Source: a virus (lineage: Duplodnaviria; Caudoviricetes). From it: a DNA stretch of 64,000 bases. This document shows, one piece after another, positions 1 to 10,069 of this stretch. The stretch lies in IMG/VR virus record IMGVR_UViG_3300042922_001473; one strand, 5' to 3'. The stretch's first letter is position 1. Each line of letters starts with the position of its first letter. A program made the position numbers and the translations under genes. The notes beneath the pieces are model-generated. The model did no database searches, was not told the origin of the DNA, and worked only from the letters and a program-made list of their open reading frames with translations.

Positions 1-72
1 ACTAATATAGTTTCAGAATCATTATCATCCATTAAATCAACTTGATATAGTTTTATATTTTACCCTTTCTCT

Positions 73-474
73 TTATAAATCTTTTATATCAAATACAATG
101 CCTTCACAGTATTTATTACCTTCACAATATATATAAAATGTTTCATGCGGAATTGTGGTTTCATATTTGAAAACAAAACTCCTATCATGCAATACTTTTA
201 TGATTTTAGCTTTTTCTTTTGCTCTCATAAAATACTTACATTCACACTCACATTCTTTGATAATACCATCTTTTTCAATATATATCTCAACATTTCCATA
301 ACTGCCAACTTCATCATAAATTGCACCTTCAAATTCAGTACAATCATCAGAAAATCCGAAAACAATAACATATCCTAATTCTTTAGCTATTTCTATTTCT
401 TCTTTAGTTAATTCATTTCCATATTCTCTATTATTTAAGCTATTAGCAAATTCTTTAATATCTATTTTATTCAT
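73..474 (-). CDS. phage-type hypothetical protein
   Basis: 133 aa, AGGAG RBS; LNNREYG..E and VFGFSDD motifs resemble phage hypothetical proteins. Confidence 0.7.
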   Translation of the reverse strand: MNKIDIKEFANSLNNREYGNELTKEEIEIAKELGYVIVFGFSDDCTEFEGAIYDEVGSYGNVEIYIEKDGIIKECECECKYFMRAKEKAKIIKVLHDRSFVFKYETTIPHETFYIYCEGNKYCEGIVFDIKDL

Positions 475-511
475 TTTGTTCTCCTACTTTTAAAATTTTT
501 TATAATTTCCC

Positions 512-610
512 TTAATTGGAATTTCTTTTCTGAATTAAATTACAATAATCAAAACACATCTGCATACCTTCTGGGATTATCTTTCCGCAGAACACACATC
601 TGTTATCTAT
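512..610 (-). CDS. small Cys-rich zinc-finger-like peptide with ATA in start position (possible pseudogene)
   Basis: Not in the ORF track. GAGGGAG RBS, then ATA-DNRCVFCGKIIPEGMQMCFDYC...; CxxC..IPEG..C pattern. Confidence 0.5.
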   Translation of the reverse strand: MDNRCVFCGKIIPEGMQMCFDYCNLIQKRNSN

Positions 611-787
611 ATTTACTCCCTCTATTTAATAGCAGTACTATCTTGATAATCTTTATTGATTATATATATTATACCATTAATGTTGACTATTGTCTATATT
701 AACATTTTTATTATGCCTTTTTGAGAAAATAAAAAAGACACTATATTATAAGTGTCTTCAAATTTACTATTTACTATTTACTATTTA

Positions 788-1159
788 TTAATTTGAAAAT
801 TTGCTTAAAGCAGTTGCAACAACATCTGATTTAAAAGGTTTTACAATAAATCCTTTAGCTCCTGCAGTTACAGATTCTAAGACTAAAGATTCTTGCCCCA
901 TCGCACTAACCATTACTACTTTTGCATTCGGATTTATTTTTAAAATATTTTTCAATGCTTCTATACCACCCATTTCTGGCATTGTAATATCCATTGTTAT
1001 AATATCAGGAATATAGGTTTTATACTTTTCAATGGCTTCAACTCCATTATAAGCGTTACACACTACTTCGTATCCATTAGTTTTTAATACGCCTCCTAAT
1101 ACTGTATGCATAAATTTTGAATCATCAACTATCATTACTCTTTTCATTTTTATTAACAC
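788..1159 (-). CDS. cheY: single-domain response regulator, CheY-like
   Basis: VMIVDDS, MDITMPEMGG (phospho-Asp), VSAMGQ, FIVKPF; closely resembles Bacillota CheY; no other che genes nearby. Confidence 0.85.
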   Translation of the reverse strand: MLIKMKRVMIVDDSKFMHTVLGGVLKTNGYEVVCNAYNGVEAIEKYKTYIPDIITMDITMPEMGGIEALKNILKINPNAKVVMVSAMGQESLVLESVTAGAKGFIVKPFKSDVVATALSKFSN

Positions 1160-1297
1160 TCTCCATTTTATGATTTTATTCTTGATTTCTATAATTGTTT
1201 ATATTATAATAGTCCATATCATAGACTATTGTCAAATACTTATTTGTTCAATATAAGTTTATTAGAAGATATAAATAGTAAATATCAAGGAGCTTCA

Positions 1298-1567
1298 ATG
1301 TTAAGAAAAAAAATTAATAAAGAAATATTTGAAAATAAAAGAAATCATATACCTCATGGAAAATATTGTTACGATGCAAATACATCATGTCCATTTTGGG
1401 AACTTGACACATCAAAACAACTCTGTTCTAATGGATTTTGTCATTTATTAAAAAAGGGTGATTGGGAAGAAAACTTAAATGTAAATAATAATACTAAAGG
1501 AAACCTCTGGGATTGTATAAAAGAGTGTAATATTAATACTGAACATTTACTACTCCATTCCAATTAA
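1298..1567 (+). CDS. Cys-rich phage-type hypothetical protein
   Basis: ATG at 1298 follows AGGAG, so it is preferred over the track start at 1229; IPHGKYCY..CPFW..GFC..LWD..KEC. Confidence 0.6.
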   Translation: MLRKKINKEIFENKRNHIPHGKYCYDANTSCPFWELDTSKQLCSNGFCHLLKKGDWEENLNVNNNTKGNLWDCIKECNINTEHLLLHSN

Positions 1568-1618
1568 TTAAATACCTAATTTCATATGCATTTTAAAATA
1601 TTGAAATAAGGCTAATAT

Positions 1619-1645
1619 AAAAACTCTCTATATAGAGAGTTTTTT
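1619..1645. terminator. bidirectional intrinsic terminator
   Basis: AAAACTCTCTA-TA-TAGAGAGTTTTTT between convergent genes. Confidence 0.7.
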
Positions 1646-1656
1646 ATTTTACAATA

Positions 1657-3324
1657 TTAATTTTCAATTATTAAGTTTCCATCAGAGTCATAAATACTTA
1701 TATTAAAATCTCTTGGAACTACAGTAACATTTATATCAATTGAGCTTGCTCCATCTAATGTTGTTAGTGTTACTACAGAAGTTCCTTCTTTTAATCCAAC
1801 TATATTGTATTTAGAATTTCTTGCTTGTAATGCTTTTACTACTTTTTTATCTGATACAGTTGTTTTTATTTTCTTAGAAAGAGTTTCTTCTGGTATTACT
1901 ACTGCGGAAAATTCATATCTATCCCCTACTTTAATAGTTATGTTTGTTTCGGGAACAATAATTCCGTCAACAGTACTTATTGTACTTACTAAGCAAGAAG
2001 CTGTATATCCACCATCTTCTGTTGTTACAGTTATTACTGCATCCCCAGCACTTACTGCATACACTTTACCTTTAATTACTTTTACTACTTTACTGTTGCT
2101 TGATGACCATTTAACATTTTTATTAACTGCATTTTCTGGGTAGACTGTAGCTGTTAGCATTTCATTTTCTCCAACTTTAAGTTCAATCATATCTTTATTT
2201 AAAGATACACCAGTAACAGTTGAATCAACATTAACTACAAAATCTATTTTTGCTTCATCAGAGTCCTGAGTTACAGTAGCTGTAATAGTTGCAGTTCCGT
2301 TTGAAATTGCTTTTATTTTTCCGTTTCTAATAGTAGCTATTGATTTATCAGAAGTTGTCCATTTGATTTTATAATCACTTAAAGATTTTGAATTACTTAA
2401 ATCATCGGTAACAATAATTTCAAGTTCTTCACCAACATTTAAGTCTGCAGAGCTTATTTTGTTATCATTTTTATCAAGAATAAATAGTTTTTCTACATCT
2501 GATACAACTACAATAGTTGCTTGACCAGTAAAACCACCGTCTCTTGACTTGAAATGAACAACTGTTTCACCCTCATTTAATCCTGTAACAGTACCTTCTT
2601 TATCAATTCTAATTAAGCTTTTTTCTGCAATTTCATAAAGTATTGTTTGGTCAAAAGCATTTTCTGGATAAACTTTTACATCAAGTGTAAATTTTTTTCC
2701 AACTTCTATAATGACATTATCTGTATTAACCTTTAACCCAGTGACCATTGGTGTAACAGTTACCTCACATATAGCTTTGTATCCACCATCAACAGTTGTT
2801 ACTGTAATTATTGCTTTTCCTTCTTTCACTCCTGTTACTACACCGTTAACAACCTTAGCTACAGCAGGATTATCAGTAGACCATGTTACATCTTTTTTAA
2901 ATGCATCTGTCGGCAGTATATTTGCTGTTAATTTAACTTTTTCTCCGACATTTATGTCAAGATTTGTTTTATCAAGTTCTACTCCAGTAACTGTTGAATG
3001 TACATTTACTGTAAATTTTACCAAAGTTTCATTATCTTTTATTTTTGCAGTAATTATTGTTTGTCCTTCTGAAACACCTATAAGTTTTTTAGATGCATCT
3101 ATTCTTGCAATTTTATTATTATCTGAAGTAAATTGAGTAACAAGAGTATCTATCTCTTCATTAATGTCAGAAGCAACAATAACTGTTTCAAGTGAAATTT
3201 TGTCTCCAACAAGTATATCTAAGCTACCCATATTTTCTGCATTAACCGCTAATGGATTAAATACAAATAGACAGCAAAGAATAATCAATGTCATTGACAT
3301 TTTTAACAAATTATTATTTTTCAT
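1657..3324 (-). CDS. secreted protein with ~6 bacterial Ig-like (Big_2) domains
   Basis: Signal peptide (..AVNA); repeated VTGVxL..L.VGE..L.A.V.P..A....V.WSS....A.V..G.V.AV..G.A.ITVTT.DG motifs. Confidence 0.9.
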   Translation of the reverse strand: MKNNNLLKMSMTLIILCCLFVFNPLAVNAENMGSLDILVGDKISLETVIVASDINEEIDTLVTQFTSDNNKIARIDASKKLIGVSEGQTIITAKIKDNETLVKFTVNVHSTVTGVELDKTNLDINVGEKVKLTANILPTDAFKKDVTWSTDNPAVAKVVNGVVTGVKEGKAIITVTTVDGGYKAICEVTVTPMVTGLKVNTDNVIIEVGKKFTLDVKVYPENAFDQTILYEIAEKSLIRIDKEGTVTGLNEGETVVHFKSRDGGFTGQATIVVVSDVEKLFILDKNDNKISSADLNVGEELEIIVTDDLSNSKSLSDYKIKWTTSDKSIATIRNGKIKAISNGTATITATVTQDSDEAKIDFVVNVDSTVTGVSLNKDMIELKVGENEMLTATVYPENAVNKNVKWSSSNSKVVKVIKGKVYAVSAGDAVITVTTEDGGYTASCLVSTISTVDGIIVPETNITIKVGDRYEFSAVVIPEETLSKKIKTTVSDKKVVKALQARNSKYNIVGLKEGTSVVTLTTLDGASSIDINVTVVPRDFNISIYDSDGNLIIEN

Positions 3325-3445
3325 TTTTTCCTCCTTTTTTGAATTTATATATTATAGTTAGTTTTTTAATAATTAATTAATAAAAAAACAGCAATTTAAA
3401 ATAAAATTGCTGTTTAATATTATTTTTAAGGCTTAGTTTATAGTA

Positions 3446-3697
3446 TTACTTATTATATTCTTCAAGTAAAGCATCAGTAAGTTCTTTTCTAAAGTCTTTG
3501 TCAGTTGAATGAGCAATATCTTTAAACTCACCGTCTTTAGTTTTTCTACTTGGCATAGCAATAAATAATCCATTTGCACCATCCACAATTTTTATATCAT
3601 GAACTGCAAATACATTATCAAATGTAACAGATGCAAATGCTTTTACTTTACTATCTCCCTCAAATTTATTCAATCTAACTTCTGTAATTTTCATCAA
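3446..3697 (-). CDS. spoVG: septation/sporulation regulator SpoVG
   Basis: MKITEVR..KAFASVTFD..FAVHDIKIVDG.NGLFIAMPSRK..DGEFKDIAH. Confidence 0.92.
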   Translation of the reverse strand: MMKITEVRLNKFEGDSKVKAFASVTFDNVFAVHDIKIVDGANGLFIAMPSRKTKDGEFKDIAHSTDKDFRKELTDALLEEYNK

Positions 3698-3914
3698 AAC
3701 ACCTCACTTTCTCGTAATTTCTATATAATACGTTCCAAATTCTTGAATTATAAAATAAAAAGTGTTTAATATGGTTTTATACTGCTTTACTAAATAAAAA
3801 GTTAAGTATTGATACCAATTTGAAGATTAAAAAACAGCACTATATAAATGCTGTTTCTTATTCAACTAAATTAACTTACTTATTTGATTAAATAATCTAT
3901 ATCTGCAAAATTAT

Positions 3915-5394
3915 CTAAAAACAGAAAAGAATACCCCTCCATCTTCTAAAGTTGGGGATGAATTTTTACGTCTGATAAGACGTTATATGTATTGAAATTT
4001 CATCATTTAGATGATATAATAAGAACATAAGTTCTTTAAAAGGATGTGAATATACATATGCGATTGTCATTTAAATTCAAACCACAACTAAATAGTTTGC
4101 AAGCTAACATTATTGAAGAGTTAAGTTATCATACTACAAAATTATATAACATAGTTAACTATGATAATTTAACCTATGGTGTAAAATCATATTACAAAAT
4201 GAATGAAGTATATAATTCTAATTGGCATAAGGAATTTCTTCATAGTCATAACTATCAGCATAGTCTAAAGGTTTTAGAGCAAAACTGGAAAAGTTATTTT
4301 AAATCAATTACTGATTTTAAGAAAAGCCTTTCAAAATACAATGGTATGCCAAAACCACCAAAGTATAAAAATTTAAATGATAGGAAAAATGAAATAATAT
4401 TTACTTCTGCAGGAATTAGAATTAAAAACAATACTTTAATGCTTTCACTCTCTAAAGCTATGCAATTAAAATATGGTGTAAATAGTCTTAATTTTGAAGT
4501 TTCTAATAAACTTCAAAGCCTATTTAATTGGAATAGCCTTCAACAAGCAAAGATTTGCTGGAACAGTTCATTAAAAGAGTGGAGCATAATTTTAATATAT
4601 CTAAAAGAAGAAGTGGTTTTATCAAATGACTTTAATAACATTATGGCAATTGACCTTGGTTTAAGCAACCTTGCAACAATGACATTCTTAAACAATGAAG
4701 AAAGCTATATAATCAATGGAAAACCACTTAAGTCAGTAAATAGCCATATTGATAAGAAGATTTCACATTTGCAAAGAATATCAATGCACATGGTTGGCAG
4801 TAAAAATCATAAGGATTCTAAAGAAATAACACGTCTTAGAACTTATCGTGAAAATTATATTAATAACTATTTGCATAAAGCAAGTAAAATTATCATTGAA
4901 TTAGCACTAAAACATAAGTGTAGCACTATAGTTATTGGCGATATCCATGGTATTAAACAAAACTTAAACTACAATAAGACATTTGTTCAAATACCAATAC
5001 TTAAACTAAAAGAAATGATTAGCTATAAAGCAAAATTACAAGGGATAGAAGTAAAACTTCAAAATGAAGCATATACTTCTGGTTGTAGTGCAATTGATTT
5101 AGAATTAATAGCTAAATCACATTACAATAAAAAAAGAAGAATATGCAGAGGCATATTCCAAAGTAACACAAACATTAAAATTAACTCAGATGTGAATGGT
5201 AGTCTTAACATATTAAGGCTATATACAAAAGACACATGTATTCCCAAACTAATAACAACAGCAAGGGATAAGGGCTACGTGAATAGCCCAATAAAGCAAA
5301 GGGTGGCTTAGGTAGTACCTAAGTGAAAACTTAAATACAACTACTTTATAGAAGCCCCACTTTTAGCGTTAGCGTAAGTGGTGGGAGTATTCAC
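3915..5394 (+). mobile_element. non-autonomous IS200/IS605-family element (tnpB only)
   Basis: Left-end hairpin ~3934-3960; right-end GAAG-hairpin ending TTCAC at 5394; removing the element restores the ORF 5926->3880; left boundary uncertain by ~3 nt. Confidence 0.85.
4046..5311 (+). CDS. tnpB: RNA-guided endonuclease TnpB family
   Basis: AIDLGLSN (RuvC-I), YLHKAS, IVIGD, NEAYTS, NSDVNGSLNI (RuvC-III). Confidence 0.9.
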   Translation: MNIHMRLSFKFKPQLNSLQANIIEELSYHTTKLYNIVNYDNLTYGVKSYYKMNEVYNSNWHKEFLHSHNYQHSLKVLEQNWKSYFKSITDFKKSLSKYNGMPKPPKYKNLNDRKNEIIFTSAGIRIKNNTLMLSLSKAMQLKYGVNSLNFEVSNKLQSLFNWNSLQQAKICWNSSLKEWSIILIYLKEEVVLSNDFNNIMAIDLGLSNLATMTFLNNEESYIINGKPLKSVNSHIDKKISHLQRISMHMVGSKNHKDSKEITRLRTYRENYINNYLHKASKIIIELALKHKCSTIVIGDIHGIKQNLNYNKTFVQIPILKLKEMISYKAKLQGIEVKLQNEAYTSGCSAIDLELIAKSHYNKKRRICRGIFQSNTNIKINSDVNGSLNILRLYTKDTCIPKLITTARDKGYVNSPIKQRVA

Positions 5395-5926
5395 CAAATG
5401 TTCTTAATTCATAACCAACAGTTTTATCTTCAATACTATTTTCAACAGCATTTAGACACACCCCATAAAGATATTGTGCTAATTTATAATATTTTTTTGG
5501 TATTATACAATATTTTTTTTCTTGATGACTAACCAAGTAATAGGTTATATTTCTACCTTCTGTTAGATAATATATTTGTTGCTCCTGCATTTCTTCACAC
5601 CTCTTTACTTTTTCACAATCGAACCAAATACCTACTAACCTTACAAAAAAGGCGTTTGGAATAATATTTCCATTCATATCAGTAGCACAACCAGAACATA
5701 CTTGATAAATATTATGATTTGTGTCATACCATAAATGTTCATCATTTTTAATTTGTTCTGCACCTTTAACTTGTTTTGCTGTAAATTTATGAAATTCGCC
5801 TCCACAAGTTACTGATTTCATAATATCTCTATCCCTTTGTTCACACATACACTCTGTATCCGTTGGTGCATAAACCATTAATTTTTCAGTATCTCCCCAA
5901 TCTATCATTTCAACCTTTTTAATCAT
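5369..5926 (-). CDS. hypothetical protein; native C-terminus displaced by the IS insertion
   Basis: Strong GGAGG RBS; the last residues GEYSHHLR come from the IS right end. Confidence 0.7.
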   Translation of the reverse strand: MIKKVEMIDWGDTEKLMVYAPTDTECMCEQRDRDIMKSVTCGGEFHKFTAKQVKGAEQIKNDEHLWYDTNHNIYQVCSGCATDMNGNIIPNAFFVRLVGIWFDCEKVKRCEEMQEQQIYYLTEGRNITYYLVSHQEKKYCIIPKKYYKLAQYLYGVCLNAVENSIEDKTVGYELRTFGEYSHHLR

Positions 5927-6137
5927 TATATTTCCTCCTTTAAATTAAGTAAATATCTCCAAATAATTTATTTGTTATAAAACGCCTTACCTTTTTATCT
6001 TCTATATTATATACAAACTCCCTCACATAAATCAAAAAAATAATCAACTTGTTTTATTAAAGCAATACCAAATGAATATGATATAAAAAGAAATTAAGAA
6101 GGAGAACTTCGAGTTCACTTTAAAAAAGGAGGATTTT

Positions 6138-6806
6138 ATGGAAAATTTAAAATCTATTAAAAGACTTGAAAAATTTCATAACGGAGGTTTAATAGCAGAT
6201 ACTTTTACATTATTATCAATTTTACTTATTAAAGACTTACGTTCAAAACTTATATTAGTAGCTTTTTTTATTACTTTTACAGCATTTTTATTTATAACTA
6301 AATCAGAGATAAAAAGCATGAGAGAAGAAAGGGTAAGAAGACGCAACAACTTTAATAAAATAACTCAGGCTTATAATGAATGTATGAGTATGCTTTATTA
6401 CATTGAACAATTATATATAAGCAATGGTTATAGCGTAGAAAAGATACCAAGTCTTAATAAATTGCATAAGGAACTCAGCAATTGTCATTTTCCTGAAGAC
6501 TTTATTTCTCTTCAAGAAAAATTGAATATAGAATTTGAAGATGCTCTTAATTTTATATATTCAAAAAAGAGAAAGTCCAAAGAAGATACAGTTAGTGATT
6601 CTGAGAAAGAAAGTTCAGTAGTAAAGTATTTAAGAATATTAGGATTAAATGAAGATACTTCTAATTCTTCAGACATTAAAAAAGCATATATAAAGATGAT
6701 TAAGAAATATCATCCAGATTTTAATGGTAATTCTATAGAAGCAACAGAAAAATCAAAAGAAATAAATGATGCTTATGACAATTTGCAAAATTACTTTTAT
6801 GCATAA
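6138..6806 (+). CDS. membrane-anchored J-domain (DnaJ-like) protein
   Basis: Two N-terminal hydrophobic segments; C-terminal ILGL..IKKAY.K..KKYHPD..KEINDAY. Confidence 0.85.
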   Translation: MENLKSIKRLEKFHNGGLIADTFTLLSILLIKDLRSKLILVAFFITFTAFLFITKSEIKSMREERVRRRNNFNKITQAYNECMSMLYYIEQLYISNGYSVEKIPSLNKLHKELSNCHFPEDFISLQEKLNIEFEDALNFIYSKKRKSKEDTVSDSEKESSVVKYLRILGLNEDTSNSSDIKKAYIKMIKKYHPDFNGNSIEATEKSKEINDAYDNLQNYFYA

Positions 6807-6869
6807 GGTTAAGGGAGATTTAATAATCTCCTTTTTATTAATTGAATAATTATTCCAGGAGGATTTATT

Positions 6870-7595
6870 ATGGCAATATTTTACCATATATCAACAGAAT
6901 TAAATCATAATGGTCAGTTCGAACCAAGAATACCAGAACATAGACATAAGGATGCTGAGAATATAGAAATTAAAAGAGTATGTGTAGCTCCTTCCTTAGA
7001 GGATTGTTTAACTGCAATTCCCAATGGAGGTATGAGACTTGAATCATATGATATTGATAGAAGAGGATACTTTTTAGTTATTACGATTGATACTGATAAA
7101 TTAGGTATATCTTCACAGAGTATTATTACATCAGAAGAACTTTACGAAAAAGATTATGTTCGTGACGCTAACATAACAAATGAGCATTGGATTACTTGCT
7201 CTTTTACTGTCAGCCAGGAAGATATGTTTATCATCAAGCTAAATGGTTGGCAGGAACAAGTTTATGACGTATTACCACATTGTATTTATGCTATTGCAGA
7301 TGAAAAATATGAAGGAGATTATTTTGAGGCATATGAAGAAGAATATGATAAAGGAGTTCCTTGTTGTACTGCGATAGAAGATTTAGATTATACATGCGAA
7401 AATGTAAATGCAGGTGAAGAAGTAAACTTAAGATATTATGATGATTTTGAACAGGAAGATATTCTTGATTTACTTAAAAATTATCCAGTTGAAACTATGG
7501 AAGTTTCTATTGATGGAGTTTTATTTAAGGTAAAATCAAGTTGCAATTTAAAAGATTTATTCTTGTCACATTACAATATGTTAGGTTTTGTATAA
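6870..7595 (+). CDS. putative ADP-ribosyltransferase-fold protein (FYH..F.PRIP..RVC..E.W family)
   Basis: FYHIS, FEPRIP, KRVCVAPS, NEHWI; paralog of 11375-12103; the ART fold is inferred. Confidence 0.55.
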   Translation: MAIFYHISTELNHNGQFEPRIPEHRHKDAENIEIKRVCVAPSLEDCLTAIPNGGMRLESYDIDRRGYFLVITIDTDKLGISSQSIITSEELYEKDYVRDANITNEHWITCSFTVSQEDMFIIKLNGWQEQVYDVLPHCIYAIADEKYEGDYFEAYEEEYDKGVPCCTAIEDLDYTCENVNAGEEVNLRYYDDFEQEDILDLLKNYPVETMEVSIDGVLFKVKSSCNLKDLFLSHYNMLGFV

Positions 7596-7597
7596 AG

Positions 7598-7639
7598 CAA
7601 AAAAAACACTTTACGAATAATTCATAAAGTGTTTTTTTG
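7598..7639. terminator. bidirectional terminator
   Basis: CAAAAAAAACACTTTA..TAAAGTGTTTTTTTG between convergent genes. Confidence 0.7.
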
Positions 7640-7658
7640 TCTTAGCGAAGAGTGCTAA

Positions 7659-7868
7659 TTATACTAAAATATTAGAGTTTTCTAATATTCTTGTATCTAT
7701 TAAATCATCATCTGCTATTACAAACTTATTAATTCCATTTTCTTTTAACACTATACATATTGCTCTTTTAATTTTATTTTCCAAATTTATTTGTTCAACA
7801 GTATTGTCATTAGGAAAAATGTATGTTATAAGCAAATTTCCCCTACCATTCTTATTTATACTACTCAT
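7659..7868 (-). CDS. hypothetical protein
   Basis: 69 aa, overlaps the stop of the upstream gene. Confidence 0.55.
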   Translation of the reverse strand: MSSINKNGRGNLLITYIFPNDNTVEQINLENKIKRAICIVLKENGINKFVIADDDLIDTRILENSNILV

Positions 7869-8160
7869 ATTTTATCCTTTTTGTTAAATCCTTAAATCCA
7901 ATACTAAGAAGCATTTCAACCATTTTATTTATTGTAAGCACTTCCTTAGTTTTATCAATTTTAGCAAGCAACTCAATAAGCTCAGGCATCTCAGCTAAAG
8001 TACTCCATCCATCATAATATACTTCAAGTCTTGGAAAAGGATTCCACCTAATAGCAAATTCGCCTTGTGTTCCTTTATCGTTTTCAGAATAAAATCCTAT
8101 CATTATTTCATTTGAATAAGCTTCCGAATCTACAAGAAAACCTTTAATATATGTATCCAT
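7861..8160 (-). CDS. hypothetical protein
   Basis: 99 aa, GAGGT RBS; GEFAIRW..PRLEVYYDGW..L motif. Confidence 0.7.
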   Translation of the reverse strand: MDTYIKGFLVDSEAYSNEIMIGFYSENDKGTQGEFAIRWNPFPRLEVYYDGWSTLAEMPELIELLAKIDKTKEVLTINKMVEMLLSIGFKDLTKRIKYE

Positions 8161-8239
8161 AAATACCTCTTTTATTTATTTGATATATTATTATAGGCTA
8201 TAAATTTAGAAATATTTAGAAAAAATATATTTTTGTTTT

Positions 8240-8362
8240 TTAATTTTTGTTCATACTATACTTTGTTGTATCTATCATTACTTTGATGAAAAAATATGTA
8301 ATACTAATTATTGCAACAATTCCACCAAAAGTTAATAATACCAAACTCATATTTTCAGACAT
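8240..8362 (-). CDS. 40-aa single-pass membrane peptide
   Basis: Not in the ORF track; AAGGAGG RBS; MSENMSLVLLTFGGIVAIISITYFFIKVMIDTTKYSMNKN. Confidence 0.65.
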   Translation of the reverse strand: MSENMSLVLLTFGGIVAIISITYFFIKVMIDTTKYSMNKN

Positions 8363-8466
8363 ATCAACTATCCTCCTTTTAAAAGTTTATAAAAAGATAT
8401 AAAAAATGTTTATAAAAAATATTTTTGCTCTTGAATAATCTATTTAATTTGTGGTATAATACATAA

Positions 8467-8552
8467 AAAGACACAGTTTCCTTTTTCAAGTTTGTACAAA
8501 TTAAAAGTATTTCTTTATTAGTGAGCTATTCCCAGTAGCTCTATTTTTTTTT
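8467..8552 (+). ncRNA. candidate antisense sRNA (type I antitoxin-like)
   Basis: Promoter TTGAAT(8431)-N18-TATAAT(8455) with TG; terminator GAGCTA-ttcccag-TAGCTC plus T-run overlapping the stop codon of 8541-8798. Confidence 0.6.
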
Positions 8553-8798
8553 GTTGCTTTTCTTATTGTTTTTCTTATTGCTTTTTTTGTTGCTTTTTTT
8601 GTTGCTTTTTTTGTTGCTTTTTTTATTCTTATCAATTTTCGTATGAGTTTCATATGTAGTAATACCAAGATTTATTTTTGAACTATGGTCTATTTGTGGA
8701 AATACACTTAGTTTTAAGCAAAGAATAAATACTGCTATAATCCCAATAAATGATATTATCCCTATAACGAAAATCAAAATTTTCAAAATTTCTATCAT
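8541..8798 (-). CDS. small hydrophobic protein with basic (KKSN)n tail; candidate type I toxin
   Basis: AGGAGG RBS; N-terminal TM helix; 12-bp tandem repeats encode the Lys-rich tail. Confidence 0.7.
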   Translation of the reverse strand: MIEILKILIFVIGIISFIGIIAVFILCLKLSVFPQIDHSSKINLGITTYETHTKIDKNKKSNKKSNKKSNKKSNKKNNKKSNKKK

Positions 8799-9052
8799 AG
8801 TATGTTCCTCCTTTGTACTTATTTCTCAAAATACGAGATTTATCTTATTAACTACAAGTTAACAATTGTAAGTACAAAACTTTCAGGACACTGTGTCTAT
8901 TGGCATAAATTGTCTATAGAAGGAACATATCTAAGGGGAAAATTTAATTTGTACATTTTTAAAATCAATTTACATATATATTATAACATATTATTCCAAA
9001 TTTTTAAAGAGGTACGTATGATTTTTTTTAAATATTTTTATAGATAAATTTT

Positions 9053-9277
9053 TTAGGTTTTAATTTTTAAATACAAACCTTGAGTTTCCCACTCCTAATG
9101 TATGCTTTCACATGCAGTAGGAAAAACCTCTGGTATAGGATTAAATTTTTTCGCCAATTCTATTGAGTATATAATAACTTATTCTGGGATTTGTTCTGCA
9201 CCATATCCATTCCAGTTGTGCTTCAAATCTTTAAAACCTTCAATCTTCTTAATTGATTCTTCTCTTTTTTATTCATA
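9053..9277 (-). pseudogene. hypothetical protein pseudogene (NWNGYGA..VFPT..EWE family)
   Basis: GGGGGAG RBS and ATG; coherent frame broken by in-frame TAA and TAG. Confidence 0.65.
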
Positions 9278-9289
9278 ACTCCCCCACTT

Positions 9290-10069
9290 TTATTTAATAC
9301 CTTTTATTTTTACTTTAACTCCTGGTAAATCTTTAACTAATGCAAGTTCTTTTTCAAGATTATTAGCCATAATTTTTTTATTCCATAAATGATTGTTAAT
9401 ACCATATCCATTTTTATAATATTTAAGTGCCCCTAAATAATTTTCATATTTATCTGCGTTTAATAGAGTTATATAATAAACTGCTTTAATATCTATTTCA
9501 TTTGCACTACAAATGCTGACATTTTCCATATCTATAATCTTACTTAGAAACGCCTTCTCTTCATTTTCCATATCCATATTTATTATTTTTTCCCAGGATT
9601 GTTCAAGTGGAGAATATCTATATCCTCTTTCTTTTAGCTTATCTTTTATTTTATAACAGTTTCTCACTTTTACAGCAAGTTCATTATTTTTATAGCTTAA
9701 AAGAGGCACTTTCCAATTATTAATATCACCAAAATATTTTTCCAATCTAAATTTATCAGCATTATCACTAACTGCTATAATATCTTTCTTTGAAATAATG
9801 CCCATACCAATAGCATTAATCAGTAATAAATGCATTATCTCATAAAATTCTTTAGTATGGTCACTATCATATCTTATCATGCAATCAATATGATGACTTA
9901 CCTCATGTATAGCAGTTGTTATTATATGATTTGTTGGGCGTGATAAATTAAATATCTCTATTTTCTTTTGTTTTAAATAATACCTTCCATGAATTGTTTT
10001 TCTTTCTTCTGACTTTATTTCTATATCAAATTTTTTAAATTTATAATTTTTACTATCAGGATAAGCCAT
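9290..10069 (-). CDS. SprT-like/zincin HEXXH metalloprotease-domain protein
   Basis: HGRYY...TAIHEVSHH...DHTKEF; the frame stays open upstream to an ACG near a GGGGG RBS (~10113). Confidence 0.7.
   Translation of the reverse strand: MAYPDSKNYKFKKFDIEIKSEERKTIHGRYYLKQKKIEIFNLSRPTNHIITTAIHEVSHHIDCMIRYDSDHTKEFYEIMHLLLINAIGMGIISKKDIIAVSDNADKFRLEKYFGDINNWKVPLLSYKNNELAVKVRNCYKIKDKLKERGYRYSPLEQSWEKIINMDMENEEKAFLSKIIDMENVSICSANEIDIKAVYYITLLNADKYENYLGALKYYKNGYGINNHLWNKKIMANNLEKELALVKDLPGVKVKIKGIK

Noticed and set aside
763-787. (TTTACTA)n short tandem repeat after cheY
   Set aside because: Only ~3.5 units in a 3' UTR; no evidence for iteron or phase-variation function
3884-3888. TTGAT (ISDra2-type TAM) as the left boundary of the first IS
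   Set aside because: Also gives an in-frame stop, but lies too far from the hairpin; TTAT at 3911-3914 fits guide spacing better
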